Positions 51,544 to 63,680 of a stretch of 64,000 bases of DNA are shown in pieces; the stretch's first letter is position 1; the number at the start of each line of letters is the position of its first letter. The position numbers and the translations under genes are program-made. The stretch comes from Camelus ferus (taxonomy: Eukaryota). The stretch is taken from positions 115,818,001-115,882,000 of the forward strand of contig NC_045697.1 in the NCBI RefSeq assembly GCF_009834535.1. The letters are read 5' to 3'. The notes under the pieces were generated by a model, which saw only the letters and a list, made by a program, of their open reading frames with translations, searched no databases and was not told where the DNA came from.

Positions 51544-51935
51544 TGTCTTAGTCAAGTTTCTTTTGATTGTAAGAAACAGAAATCCACTCAAATTAGCTCA
51601 GTCACAAAAGAAGACTTTTTATTAAGAGGACTTAGTGTAACGAAGCCTCATGATGAGCTAGACCCAAGACCTGGAAAGGAAGCAGAAAGCAAAGCATCTC
51701 TCTCCCTCTTTCTCCATTTTGTTTTCTACAGACTGGTTTTTGTCTCTAAGAGCGAATCTGACTTGACCACTTTGGTTTGCTATGCCCTCCTGTTCTGAGT
51801 TGCTTTTGCAAAGAACAGTAACCACCCGATATCAACATGATTGTTGTGGCCCATATCCGTGGGCAAGAAGCTAAGGATTAATTCCCTGAGAAAGAGGTCT
51901 TGTCCCAGGCCACCAAAACGAGCTATCCTACCTGC
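51544..51935 (-). mobile_element. Old MLT1 (J/K/L-type) LTR
   Basis: TGTCTTAGTCAAG...TGATTGTAAGAAACAGAAATCCACTCAAATTAGCT. Confidence 0.65.
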
Positions 51936-54859
51936 GTATCCACGTCACATTGACAAGCACTGAATGCCTGCAAAGCAGGGGCACCCAGCTTAGCAGATCT
52001 AGCATAAATGATGAAAATTCAGGTGTGCCAGAAGGCAAAACACTGACAAATGACCGTATATATGGCCTCAATTAATATATTTTATACCACATTTAAAGAT
52101 TTTTTTTCCTACACCCAAATTAGAAAAATATCTGGCACTGATTTCACCATTGACGAGCCTTAAATCTCCTAAGGAAGGAAATTGGAAAGAGGGAATGGAG
52201 AAAATATTTCTCTCTCCAGATCAAAAAAAGGTCCTACTGCTACTCGTTTCCTCCGCACAAGCGGGAATCAGGAGTTAAATTCAGCTGGAATAATGATCAT
52301 GCATCTTAAAAACTGCACCCAGAAATCTGTCTGCTCAAGTCACATAAAATTCATAGAACTCCTTTGCCCTTTTAAGATAACTTGTTTCTGTCATCAGCTA
52401 ATCTAATAAAAGGTTTTTGCTCACATTAGGAGTTATTTATATGCTTATTTTATAATTCTAAAACATGTGGCAATAAAGTACATGCACAACATAAAATAAC
52501 TAGAAAATGTTAATAGTTGATTAACCATTAAATTTAAAAAGAGAGCCATGGAACATAGATCTCATCTTAATGCAGTAAATTTAGGGACCTCACTCTGTTT
52601 CATTTCTTCTTTTTTAACAATAAATTCTTGCTTTGGGCTCTATATTTAAAGACTGCTGAGCTGAACCTTGTAGGGGTCATAACTTGGTATTTTAAGGGAC
52701 TTTTCCTTTGAGGAGGTCAAAGTAGAGGAATTAAATGTTTCACTCACTTAAAAAAGCTAGTCAGTAAAGGAAAAATACACACTGAAATCGCAGGAAATTC
52801 AAGACCCGTAGTTGAAAGCCATGTACAAGTAATTCAGGGAACAGGATGACATCTGTTTTATACATGATACTAGGGTTCCCTACAGATAACTTCAGGCTTT
52901 ACAGGAAAGAAACCCTGAATCTATGCAATATTCAGTCAGATTAACATTCATGCTGTGACATTTGCACCGTGGGAGATACTGCACAATTATTCCTGTCCCA
53001 CCAGCTACATCTCTCTGACCCTCTTCTGCAAACCTCCAAGGAAAACTCTGGCTTGGAGACCCATGACATTCATCAGCCACTCCCAAGTGTAGGTCCCGTG
53101 GTGATGGGTGAAAACCATAGGGTGCCAACCTCACACTGAAAAGCTAAGGCTTGTGGTTGATAAATCGCTGATACTGTACTCAGATTTCCTGGCCTCAGCA
53201 CAGTGCTCACTGGGAGTTTATACGACAGTATTTTCCAACGCTAGACACTGGGTTTGTGTGAGTGTGTTCATCTGTGACACAAGCCAGTGAGACTTATTCC
53301 TGTTCTTCACGCAATCAAGACCACAACCACAGCATCACCGCAGCCTGCTCCCTGGTGCCTAAAATGCACGCCTTGACTCTTCCCGCTTCAGCTCCTCTCT
53401 CCACTGTCTCCGCCCTGGCCCAAGCCCCATCACGGCCACCCAGAACTATTGCACCAGCTTCCGCACTGGCTCCTCCCCCTCCTGTTTCTCTCATTATCTG
53501 GAAGCCGAATGACACTCTAGCCTTACTGACCTGACAGATGCCGGAAAAAGGTTGGAAAAGCCAACCTCTCTGACACTGTGGACACCATTTCCTGTTTCTC
53601 CCCTTCCCTGGATTCCTTTTGAAAAAAATAGCCAATGACCGCAAACAATGACTGGAAGAGCTCAACACACACTCAGTGGTAAAAAGGGAACCCTCTTTCT
53701 CCAGGTGCCACCGAAATTGCCCTCCCCATACAAACGATCTCAGGAAGCCATTGGCATTTCACTCAGAGAGACCATACAGGTGGACTGATTTGGCGGACTG
53801 TGATGACATTTCACTTTTCTTATTGAAAACTAGAAATCTCTGCCAGAAAGAGACCTCTGCATTTCATGAAATGCGGTCTTAGCAAAGTGTAACTCTGCTA
53901 AAATAAAGACGGCAACTTGAGACAGCAGTGTATCATCTATTTCATAATGGCTGGGCAATCTTAATGTAAATCTTTGACGTTGAAGAAAAGAAATAGTATC
54001 CCAAGATGTGAAAAAAGTCTCTTTATTTTTTAGGGAAAAAAAATGTTTTAATCTTTTTGGTATTCTTTAGGCAATCAGTATGGAGGGTTTCCTTTACCAA
54101 CTATGTTTCATAGTTACCAAGAAAGATTATCACTTTTTTGCTTTGTATTTTTTTAGCTAATCAAATAAGTAGCTTATTTATATTACTTGCCCCCCACAGA
54201 CATTTCATTAGCACATTGAAAAGGTGAGAAAATAAGTTATTAATATGCAAAGATGCTTTCCTGAAGCAATTTAGAAGAGTATAGAGAAAAGGTAACTCTT
54301 TCTACATCTCAGCCGTCACAAAGCTAAAAAATTATATTGAAATTCAGCTATTTAACCTTCATAAATGAAGTAACCTGCATAGCTAACATTAAATGTTTGA
54401 TTTAATTTACTCGCACAGGTAACTCACTGAGAAGGCATTTAACCTTAAAGTTAATGATATCAGATCTGTTCTACAGCGGATGTGCCTCCAATTGCTTCCT
54501 ACCTCTCTGCACAAACTAATACTACATTCCCGTTTTAGTAATATCCGTGGGCAGGAGGGAGACATTATCCTCAATTATAACCTGCATAACATCTTTCTCA
54601 ACTTCACCTGCCTTCCACTTCAGGAGCAGTGGGTGAGGAAAGCAGGCAAAGGGCCAGATCACCTCAGAGAGCAGATTCAAGGAGAAACCGCTCAGAGACA
54701 AGCAGGAGTGTCTGTTTCGATTATGTCTATTTCCTTTTGATCGTCACATGTTGGCCACCTTCAGGATGAGCGGGGGGGGGGGTTTGTTTGTATGTGGGGG
54801 TGGGGGTGGGGGGTTCTAAAGCTAGGAAGTGACCATAGAAGTACTAGACATCTGTGGAG

Positions 54860-55310
54860 AATTTTTAACACACATATTTAATTCACTCATTTAGAGTGAG
54901 CAATTCAGGGTTCTTAGTATATTCACAGATACACAAAACCATCGCTATGCTAAATTTTATTAATTTTGCCTTCCCCTATATTGTGCTTCCCCCACCTTCC
55001 CTCTCCCCATCAGTAACCACTAGTTTGTTCCCTATGTCTGGGTGCGCTTCTTTGGTGTTATATTCACTTCTTTGTTGTATTTTTAGATTCCACATATAAG
55101 TGACATCATACAGTATGTGTCTTTCTCTGTCTGACTTATTTCACTCAGTATAATGCCCTCCAAATCCATCCATGTTCCTATAAATGGCAAATTTCATTCT
55201 TTTTTTATAGTTGAGTAGTATTCCATTATATGTTTATATAAATACATACACACACATATATATATATATACGTATATATGTCTTCTTTATCCATTCATCT
55301 GTTGATGGGA
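54860..55310 (-). mobile_element. L1 3' fragment(s), minus strand
   Basis: TTTTAGATTCCACATATAAGTGA...GAGTAGTATTCCATT...TTTATCCATTCATCTGTTGATGG. Confidence 0.9.
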
Positions 55311-56025
55311 ACTCGGAAAAGAAGTTGTGGCACATACATTCAATGGAATACTACTCAGCCATAAAAAAGAATAAAATAATGTCATTTGCAGCAACATGGA
55401 TGGACCTGGAGATTGCCATTCTAAGTGAAGTAAGCCAGAAAGAGAAAGAAAAATACCGTAAGATATCATTTATATGTGGAATCTAAAAAAATGAGACAAA
55501 TGAACTTATTTACAAAACAGAAACAGACTTACAGATATAGAAAACAAACTCATGGTTACTAGAGGAGAATGGGGGTGGGGAGAGATAAATTGAGAGTTTA
55601 GGAATTTGCAGATACTAACTACTGTATACAAAATAGGTAAACAACAAGGTCCCACTGTATTAGCACCTGAATATACAGGTCCCACCTAATACTCAGTACC
55701 TTGTAATAGCCTATAATGAAAATAATATGAAAAAGAATATATAAAATATATAAAACTAAGGGAGAAGGTATAGCTCAGTGGTAGAGTGTGTGCTTAGCAT
55801 GCACAAGTTCTTAAGTTCAATCCCCAGTACCTATATCAAAAAAAAAAAAAAAACTTAATTACCTCCCCCCAAAAATAAATTTAAAATTAAAAATAAATAA
55901 ATAAATAAACCTAATTACCTCCCCCCAAAGAAACACACATAAAACATATATATAACTACATCACTATGTTGTACACCAGAAATTAACACAACATTGTAAA
56001 CCAACTATACTTCAATTAAAAAAAT
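55311..56025 (+). mobile_element. L1 3' fragment, plus strand, containing a SINE
   Basis: MEYYSAIKKNKIMSFAATWMDLEIAILSEVSQKEKEK; ends TATACTTCAATTAAAAAAA. Confidence 0.9.
55760..55943 (+). mobile_element. tRNA-derived SINE with duplicated tail motif
   Basis: GGGAGAAGGTATAGCTCAGTGGTAGAG...GTTCAATCCCCAGTACC; AAACYTAATTACCTCCCCCC occurs twice. Confidence 0.9.
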
Positions 56026-57099
56026 TTTTTTAATCAATAAAAGTCTCTTTAACTCTTATCACAATGGAACAAAGATAATCAAAATTATTTTTTGAGAAAA
56101 AATTCAGGAATGCCCTTCTGAAAACAACTGTGAGAGTTGCTCATGGAAATCCTCCTTTCTGCAGAATTCTAAAGGCTTGTCAGCACTCATGCCTTGTTCT
56201 CTTAGAGTGAGACATTACTGGGTAACTTCCCTAGAAAATATAGGTAAAGACTCACAGTCCTTGCCCAAGGTCTAGATGGAGTTAGCCCAGAACCCCCTCA
56301 ATATCAAGTTGTAGACCTTCTTGGGTCATAATTACTGTATTTTTCCACATAGGGAGGTCTTTCCTAACATATGGTCTGACCCTGGGATAGAACATCTTAA
56401 ATGGAACCACTTAGAAAATTGGGGACATAAAACAAAAGAATTTTTTAATGTCAGATTTAAAACTTGATGTGAAATTAAATATTCATAGTTTTTTTCTTCT
56501 GTTTTCTTTGAGGCTGATTTTTAAGTTTTGTGTTTGTTTGTTTGTTTGTTTAAACATGGAAGTTCTTTAGTTATTGGTCAGAGGAAAAATCTTCAGTCCT
56601 AACACAAAGAGCCATGGACTGTTCCCCCAGGTTAAGACGCAGAAGAGGCGGGATGGGCCAGAAGAGGCAAGAGTTGGCAGCAAAGAGAAATGTGAATGAG
56701 GCAGGTGCGTGATTATGTCAATACTGGGTAGGGCCCAGAGACGAAGCGTGGGAAATAAAATGTGACCCTAATTACTACTAAAAAATTATCACCAAACTGC
56801 ATGGCTATTTTTGAAATGTAAAATTATCTCCAGTCCAACAGGACTGCGAGATATATTTTATCATAATTGAAAATAGATTGTTTTTAAATGCCTCCTGCAA
56901 TGGCAATGCAGGGCAAGCCAGGAGTGCATTTAGTGAGACATAACACATTTAACTACACAAGAGAGAGACTGTTAAAAAGAAAAACTCAGCCAGAGAGCTT
57001 AATTCTCCACATTTACATTTTTCTGGCCACAAAACATTTTCCCTCTGATACAAAATCTTTTTCCTCATACACTCAACCTGGGCACAGTATATTCCTTCG

Positions 57100-57115
57100 C
57101 CCTTCTTCTTCTTCT

Positions 57116-57146
<31 letters not shown>
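57100..57146. repeat. (CTT)n plus poly-T tract
   Basis: Read directly. Confidence 0.9.
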
Positions 57147-57918
57147 CCCTTCCAGCTCACAGTTTGACTTTGGTTTGCTGTCATTAGCATCACCTGCAGG
57201 AAATCATCATCGTCACTTGTCCAGTTACAGCAACATAAAAATGCCTGCCGCCATGTTTGTTATTTCCACACCAGACTTGACAGGACTTGACTCTAAATCA
57301 CAGAAGCTGCTTGTCAGTTTCTATGACTTAAAGTTAATTTTCACTCAGCTTTCTCTTCTTTTTATTTCACCTTTCTTATGGGTAATGACCAGAGTGAAAA
57401 TGATGGTTTAAGAGCTTCTCCCCCCCCCAGATCCCTACCTTCCTCACCACGGATTTACAGCACACTTTTCCCCAAGGAAGTTTTAGTATATCTCCCCTCC
57501 CGTCAACGGTAAAAAAGTCTTTTTTTAAAAAAAAAGTATAGCTACTTTCTTACACCCTTTAGGGACAAGTTCCTTCCCTTACACCACAGTGGAGAACAGT
57601 TACCACCATCAATGAAGAAAATGGAGCATTTGGTGTCCTACAAAGGAACTCAGGGTGACGATTGCTACTCATTTCCTTCTGCTGATGTCAAAACCAGCTT
57701 ATAGATACACAGACACAAAGTCAACTAGCTCTGTGACTGCAATCAAGGTAGATATATGACAGCACTAGCAAATTAGGGAAATAAGAGGTCACTCTCCTTT
57801 CAATTTGAAGAAAAACATTATAGTAAAGATGAGACAGCTAAGTAACTTAAAATTTCATTGAAGTTGCTTTTTTATCCTTATTTTCTGCATAAAGAAGCAA
57901 CAATGAAAATATTGGGTA

Positions 57919-58102
57919 CTATGTATAAAATAGATAATAAGGACCTACTATTTAAACTATACTCACTTTCTTGTAATAAGCTATAGTGGAAAAGAATATG
58001 AAATATATATATGCATATGTATAACTGAATCAGTGTGCTGTACACCTGAAACTAACATTGTAAGTCAACTACACTTCAATAAAGAAATAAATTTTTTTTA
58101 AA
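57919..58102 (+). mobile_element. L1 3' end with TSD
   Basis: TSD AATGAAA(A)TATTGGGTA at 57902-57918 and 58103-58118; body ends GTCAACTACACTTCAATAAA. Confidence 0.9.
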
Positions 58103-58954
58103 AATGAAATATTGGGTAACTACTCCGAGCAGAAAATAAGCTAATAGAAAAGTTTATTTTGTTTCAATGCATGTTATCTTGGCCTCCCTTGAGATCACTG
58201 GCTTTTTTTTTTTCAGACTTTCCATTTTCCTTTTTGGGGGGTGGGAGGGTGGGGGTTAAAGATTTAAAAACTTTCTAAGATTTTAAAATGTCTGACTTGC
58301 AGGACACACGTCTAGATTTCCATGGGAACCAGGATTCACGTTGAAATACAAGATAATATTCTAACCAGTGTTCCGAAACACCTTCAGGGCTCCTGTGTAG
58401 CACTGTTCAAGCCATTATTATGGAGCTTTTGTAGGTGAATTTCAGAGCTCCTCTGGATTACTTGAAAATGTGTCTTGAAGATAAACCGTCTTTCATTGCC
58501 AATGTCTCCTGCCTGTATATACTTATCTTTGATCTTCTGTGTTTCTACGTTACTTTCATTAAGAAAAAAAAATATGCCATCACAATTTAGACTCCAGGAA
58601 TTTACTTCCAATTCAATTTATGCTACCCTAAAATCTAAACTCCAGTCATTTTTTAAAATCCAGGGAAAAAATTTCATCAGAGGTAATAATGTATCAGTCC
58701 CCAAGACTATCTCAACTATAAATGGCCTTTATCATTTATTAATTAATTGTAACATCTTCACACAAAATCACTGATTTGCACAATTTCTTTTTAATGCTAA
58801 TTGCTATGTTGGGAATACCAACATGCACTGATTTAGAGGAAATATCCAAAATCATTTTCCTGAGAGTAGAGGGAAGTCCCTATATTGCATAGATGTTACT
58901 TAATCCCACATCGTGCTACAGTGTTTGATACGAACCTCCTGTCTTAAAGGAGCC

Positions 58955-59470
58955 TGTGCTTTTCACTGTGGTAGCCAACGCGTGTCTACTGAGCAGTAGA
59001 AATATGGCCAAGCAGAGTTGGGATGTGCCCTAAATGTAAAACAAACATTAGATTTTAAAGACACAGTATGCATTCACACAAGAAAGGGAAAAAAAGGTAA
59101 ATAGATGAGATGGTGGATGTGTTTTAATTTATATGAGGTGGTGGATGTGTTTTAATTAACTCAATGTGGGGGAGTCCTTTCACAATTTTCACATATATCA
59201 AATCATCACGTTGTACATTTCAAATCTCTTACAATTTTGTCAATTATACCTCAATAAAGCTAAAACTTTTTTGATTTAGCATACAAAAAGAATGTAAAAC
59301 ATCCCATCAATAATTTTTATATAAATTGTATGTTAAAATGATAAAATTATGGATGTATTGAGTTAAATAAAATGTATTATCAAAATTAATTGTACCTTTT
59401 TTTATTTTTTTATATGGATACAAAAAAACTTTAAATTATATATTTGGCATATATTATACTGATGTAGATA
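58955..59470. mobile_element. MER33-like hAT-Charlie element interrupted by an L1 3' end (about 59070-59270, plus strand)
   Basis: GTGGTAGCCA...CTACTGAGCA...AAATGTAAAA...TTGAGTTAAATAAAATGTATTATCAAAATTAATT; the insert ends GTCAATTATACCTCAATAAAGCT. Confidence 0.75.
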
Positions 59471-60309
59471 TATGATACAAGAGCACTGTTACATATTTTA
59501 ATGGTATCATACAAGGGTTAGGATCATTGTTCTTTACTTCATCCCAGGGACTAACACATGTACCCTTAGTCTCTGGCATAAAATAGGGGTTCAGTAAATA
59601 TTTTTTAAATAAAATAACAAACAAAAAGTGAAAACAATTTCTTGGCTTCCAGGTATATTTTCTCCCAGGAAACCACAATGCTTCATAACCATGCAGAAAT
59701 GAACAATTTGCATATTTGAGACCTAGGGGAAGGCAAATACTAAGAGAGATAAATTTGGAAAGTGAAGAAATTGTGCTTAAAACAAAGAGTAAGTATTGGT
59801 TGTAGTTGCAAAACCAAAGACAAAGAAGGGAGAGATATTTGTAAGGTATAGTGAATGTGACAAAGAACATATCTGTATTATTCATAAGGGAATAACAATG
59901 TATTTGAAAGATCAACATAATTTATGTGAAATTTGGGCCACTTATTTCAAGAGTAATTTGTGCAAAGTCATAATTCAAATAAGTTAAAACAATTGACTCT
60001 AAAAGGTTTAATAGTTTCTGAAAAGTATAAAAAGAAAAATGTGCAGTAATGGTGACTAGTGGCACCATACCTAAGCTGGCTATAAATGCTAACTATGCAA
60101 AGTTCACTTTTGTTAATACCCATCAGTTTTATCAGGTATTAGAAATAAGTTGAAAGTGAATTATTTAACATACAGGGAAATTCTAAATGGTGGAAAACAA
60201 GCTAGGTAATTTGCAAAATTTGCAAAATATTTAGTAAGGGATAAATCTCTCAAGTTACTTTTGATTGTGGGTTAATAGGACATGAAATACCTAGAATGGA
60301 ACAATGGTA

Positions 60310-60760
60310 TTACTAGTTGACAGGTAGAGTACTTAACATATGCTGTGCACTGTCTTAAGAAATTTACATAAAATAACTCATTTAATTTTCACAAGAATTT
60401 CATGATTACCTCTATTTTATAAATAAGAAGAGTGAAACAAGAGACCAACTAACTTGTGTGTCCAAGATCACACAGGTGACTGGCATAGCCTGAATACAAA
60501 CCCAGCAGTCTGGTGTCAGTACCCTTGCTTCTAATCACTCTGCTATGCATTTACGAGAACTTGTCATGCAATAGATGATTTAAATTACTTAGTTAATCTT
60601 TACACAATCCTATGGGAATGCGCAACTATTACCAGTTTAAAAAATTACAGGATCGGGACTCAGAGAAGTTAAGCCACTTGTCCAAATTGAACCACTAGTA
60701 AATACCAGAAGCAAGATTTCAGTCCAGATTCATCTGACTCCAAAACTTCTTCCACTGCCA
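60310..60760 (-). mobile_element. Two tandem MIR fragments
   Basis: CTCATTTAATTTTCACAAG...TGTCCAAGATCACACAG, and again CTCAGAGAAGTTAAGCCACTTGTCCAA...TCTGACTCCAAA. Confidence 0.75.
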
Positions 60761-61297
60761 GCCACGTGGTGCTGAACAAATAGAGCCTACAAGTGACTTT
60801 GAACAAACCTCTTATCTCTGAGCACCTGTTCATTACACAGCTCGGTCAAGGCAGATCGAGATTATTTGTACCAAGCATTCTGAAGCACCTTCTCTTTTGA
60901 AAATAGAACAATATCCAATCTGGTAAAAACCGGTTATTTTCTCTTAAATATTTACTCTGAAACTGCACAGGCCTTTACTCTGCTGTTCACTATATGTTTT
61001 TATTTTTAGATCTTACAGTATCTGCCAAATAGATATAAAGCAGAAAACAATGCTGTGAACGCTAGGTACAAGGATAGAGCGTCAGGACCCTGGAGAGCTC
61101 CATCAAGCTTCTGCTCATCGCTGCCCCCCCCCCCAACACACACACACAAAAGGCTGGATTTTGAGAAAGCATCTGCAAACTGCAGAGAGCTCTTCTTCCA
61201 AACAAAGGAAATCTTCTGCGTTTACTTGAACCTCACCCACAAATACATAATAAGTCCCAAAGGTCAGTGAATAGTTAAAACAGAGAGGTACATGGTC

Positions 61298-61329
<32 letters not shown>

Positions 61330-62199
61330 GTCCTTTAAGAAATAAAACGAGGGGAAAGTGAAGGAAGGCTAGTGTTAATTGTGCTGAAGAATTAGAATGC
61401 AGGAAAGTTAGAAATGAAAAGTTATGCTTCCCCTAGAAACTATAACTTGGCATATTCTATATAAAGGCATAAATATAACAGCAAATACAGTACATAAAAT
61501 ACTATCGTGTGTGCAAGGAACGAATAACAATAGCTGAGAGGATCATAATTTTGACTTTGTTGACTTTTATGAGTTTAAATCCTCAGCCACCATGTTGCAT
61601 TAACACATACAAGTTTTTCAACCAAACTTGACTTAATTTTTACCTCTCTCTATGCAATTGTCTTCTGGTTTTTCTTGGCACTACATAGGCCAACACGGTA
61701 ACATTTGAACACTGACCTTCCAAATTTGATTCTGATTCAAGCCTTGACCTTTATGGGAAAAATAGGAGAAGTGAGTATTTTACCCTGGGCCTCATTAAAC
61801 AAAGGGAAAAGTGAAGGCAAAGCTTTCAGCTGTGCATGATTGTTAAACAGTCGGGGGGAAGCAGAAACTGCTAAATAAAACAAGTCACGCGTTGGGCCAG
61901 AAAGGAAGCTGAAGCAATCGTTTAAACCTGCACACTGCTGTTTTTTATTTAATGCTGAGGGGTGTTTACACTGCTGTGATTTCTGGAGAAAGGTTAATCC
62001 AGATGAGTAAAAGAGTAGCAGTAAACGAGACCGTTTCACACCAGCTCTTTGCAGTGAGTATTTTAGTAACCGTTGTGAATCCAAGTCAGCGGTGCAACCA
62101 TGAAATCAAGCAGGAAAGAAAGCAAATACTACCCTAAAGAATGAATTTTGATTTAAAGTAGAGGCAGAGGCATTTTCATTGCCCTCTGCTGTAGTGATG

Positions 62200-62640
62200 A
62201 TGGGGTTGGGAAACAGTTTTCATCAGAATCAAGTGCTCTTTCTGAGCTCCTGTATTCTCAACTCACCATCCTATTTGTGAACTTTAGAGGTAAGGAGGAA
62301 TAAAACCCTCCACTCATTCTCCTTCCAGCTCTCATTTTGTTTCTTTTCCCCCCAGAGCTTCAAACTATAGTAGCAATTCTCTCCTTGGAGAGCATCCCTG
62401 ACCTCTGCATCAAGTTATGTCAAAAACTATTCAATATTCTAAGCAGCTCCACCAGGGTACATGTTCTAGTCTTATTTCCTTCCCTGGAAAGTATCTGTAT
62501 TGATCTCTCCAAAACCTTGAGACCAAAAGAAAATAGCAGGAGAGGCATTCTATAGGGGGAAATGCAGATTTGTACTGTCCCCTCCCTTTTTTTCTTTCTT
62601 CCCAGAATATCAGTGCAGACAGAGCAATATTGGAAATTCA
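62200..62640 (+). mobile_element. L2 remnant, heavily diverged
   Basis: C/T-rich tract with L2-like blocks such as CTCTTTCTGAGCTCC. Confidence 0.4.
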
Positions 62641-62939
62641 ACATTAGTTTCTTTATTCCTTCTTCCCCAAGGCTATGTTAATAGCAACCATCTATGTTCC
62701 TGTCTTCAGAACTTCAGGACCAAAGATCAGTCAGTCATTGTTTTGACTTTTCCTTTGAAAGAACCACCACCCAACCCAGAAGTAAGATGTAAATTTACCC
62801 CTAGGTTGTTCAGGATTTCTGTCAATAATCTCTTCAGCAATTCAAATTTAAGTTCAGTGGGTTTTGGAGGGGGGGTTGTTTTGGGTTTTTTGTTTTTGGT
62901 TTTTTGGTTTTTTTGTGCCCAGTTCATGATTTTGAACTC

Positions 62940-63348
62940 TGTTAAAGAAAAAATTCCTCAGACACTTGTTAAAGATGGTAAGACAGACTTTATTCAAGGA
63001 GGGCCACTACACTGGGGTTTTGTAATAGAGGAGAGAGATTAAGCTCAACTCAGAAGACAGCAAGGATAAGTGGAGAATAAAGCCATGGAGCAGAGTAGGG
63101 GTCAGTGGGTGGAAAATTACTAAGAGGGAACATCAAGGCTAGGGGAATTCTGGCTAAGCTGACTTGACAGGATTTTTGCTGAAGCCAGGTAAGGATGATA
63201 GGATATCAAGGGTGGTGCCTGGAAATTTGATCAGATCAGCAAGGATGAAGGATTTTTGATAAAATGACCCAGCAGGATTCTTCTAAATCTTGACTAAATG
63301 GGCCAAGGACAGAGCCCAAGAGAAAGTCAAAGTGAGCCCAAGAGTCTT
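62940..63348 (-). mobile_element. MER31-like solo LTR
   Basis: TGTTAAAGAAAAAATTCCTCAGACACTTGTTAAAGATGGTAAGACAGACTTTATTC...GGAAAATTACTAAGAGG...CCAAGGACAGAGCCCAAG. Confidence 0.85.
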
Positions 63349-63680
63349 CAGCAATTCACTTTTTAAAATTAACTGCATATTTTTAGAAAAGAAGAGGAGG
63401 AAAATCAGCATGTTTAATATGACAGGCTACTTTGATGGTAACATACACTGTAAGCAAGTGTGTTTCTGATACTGCAATTTTTACATCCATGATTATTTTC
63501 AGAACAAATTTTGTTGCTAAACACATTCCAGTCTCTCCTACATAAAGCAATGCCAAAATGCCAGGAAAAGAAACAAATCCCCTAAGCAAACTGGATACTT
63601 GGCTTATCATCTGAATGCTAAACTAACCAAAGCTTACTCTTATGAAGTGTTTTACATTTTAAGTTATTTTCACAGAAGAC

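Noticed and set aside
53690..53785. 75-nt plus-strand exon candidate (VPPKLPSPYKRSQEAIGISLRETIQ)
   Set aside because: The donor GTGGAC is weak, there are no partner exons, and the peptide is not recognised.
50979..63348. Two MER31-like LTRs as the paired ends of one provirus
   Set aside because: They are 11.5 kb apart, visibly diverged, and have no retroviral internal sequence between them; they are independent solo LTRs.
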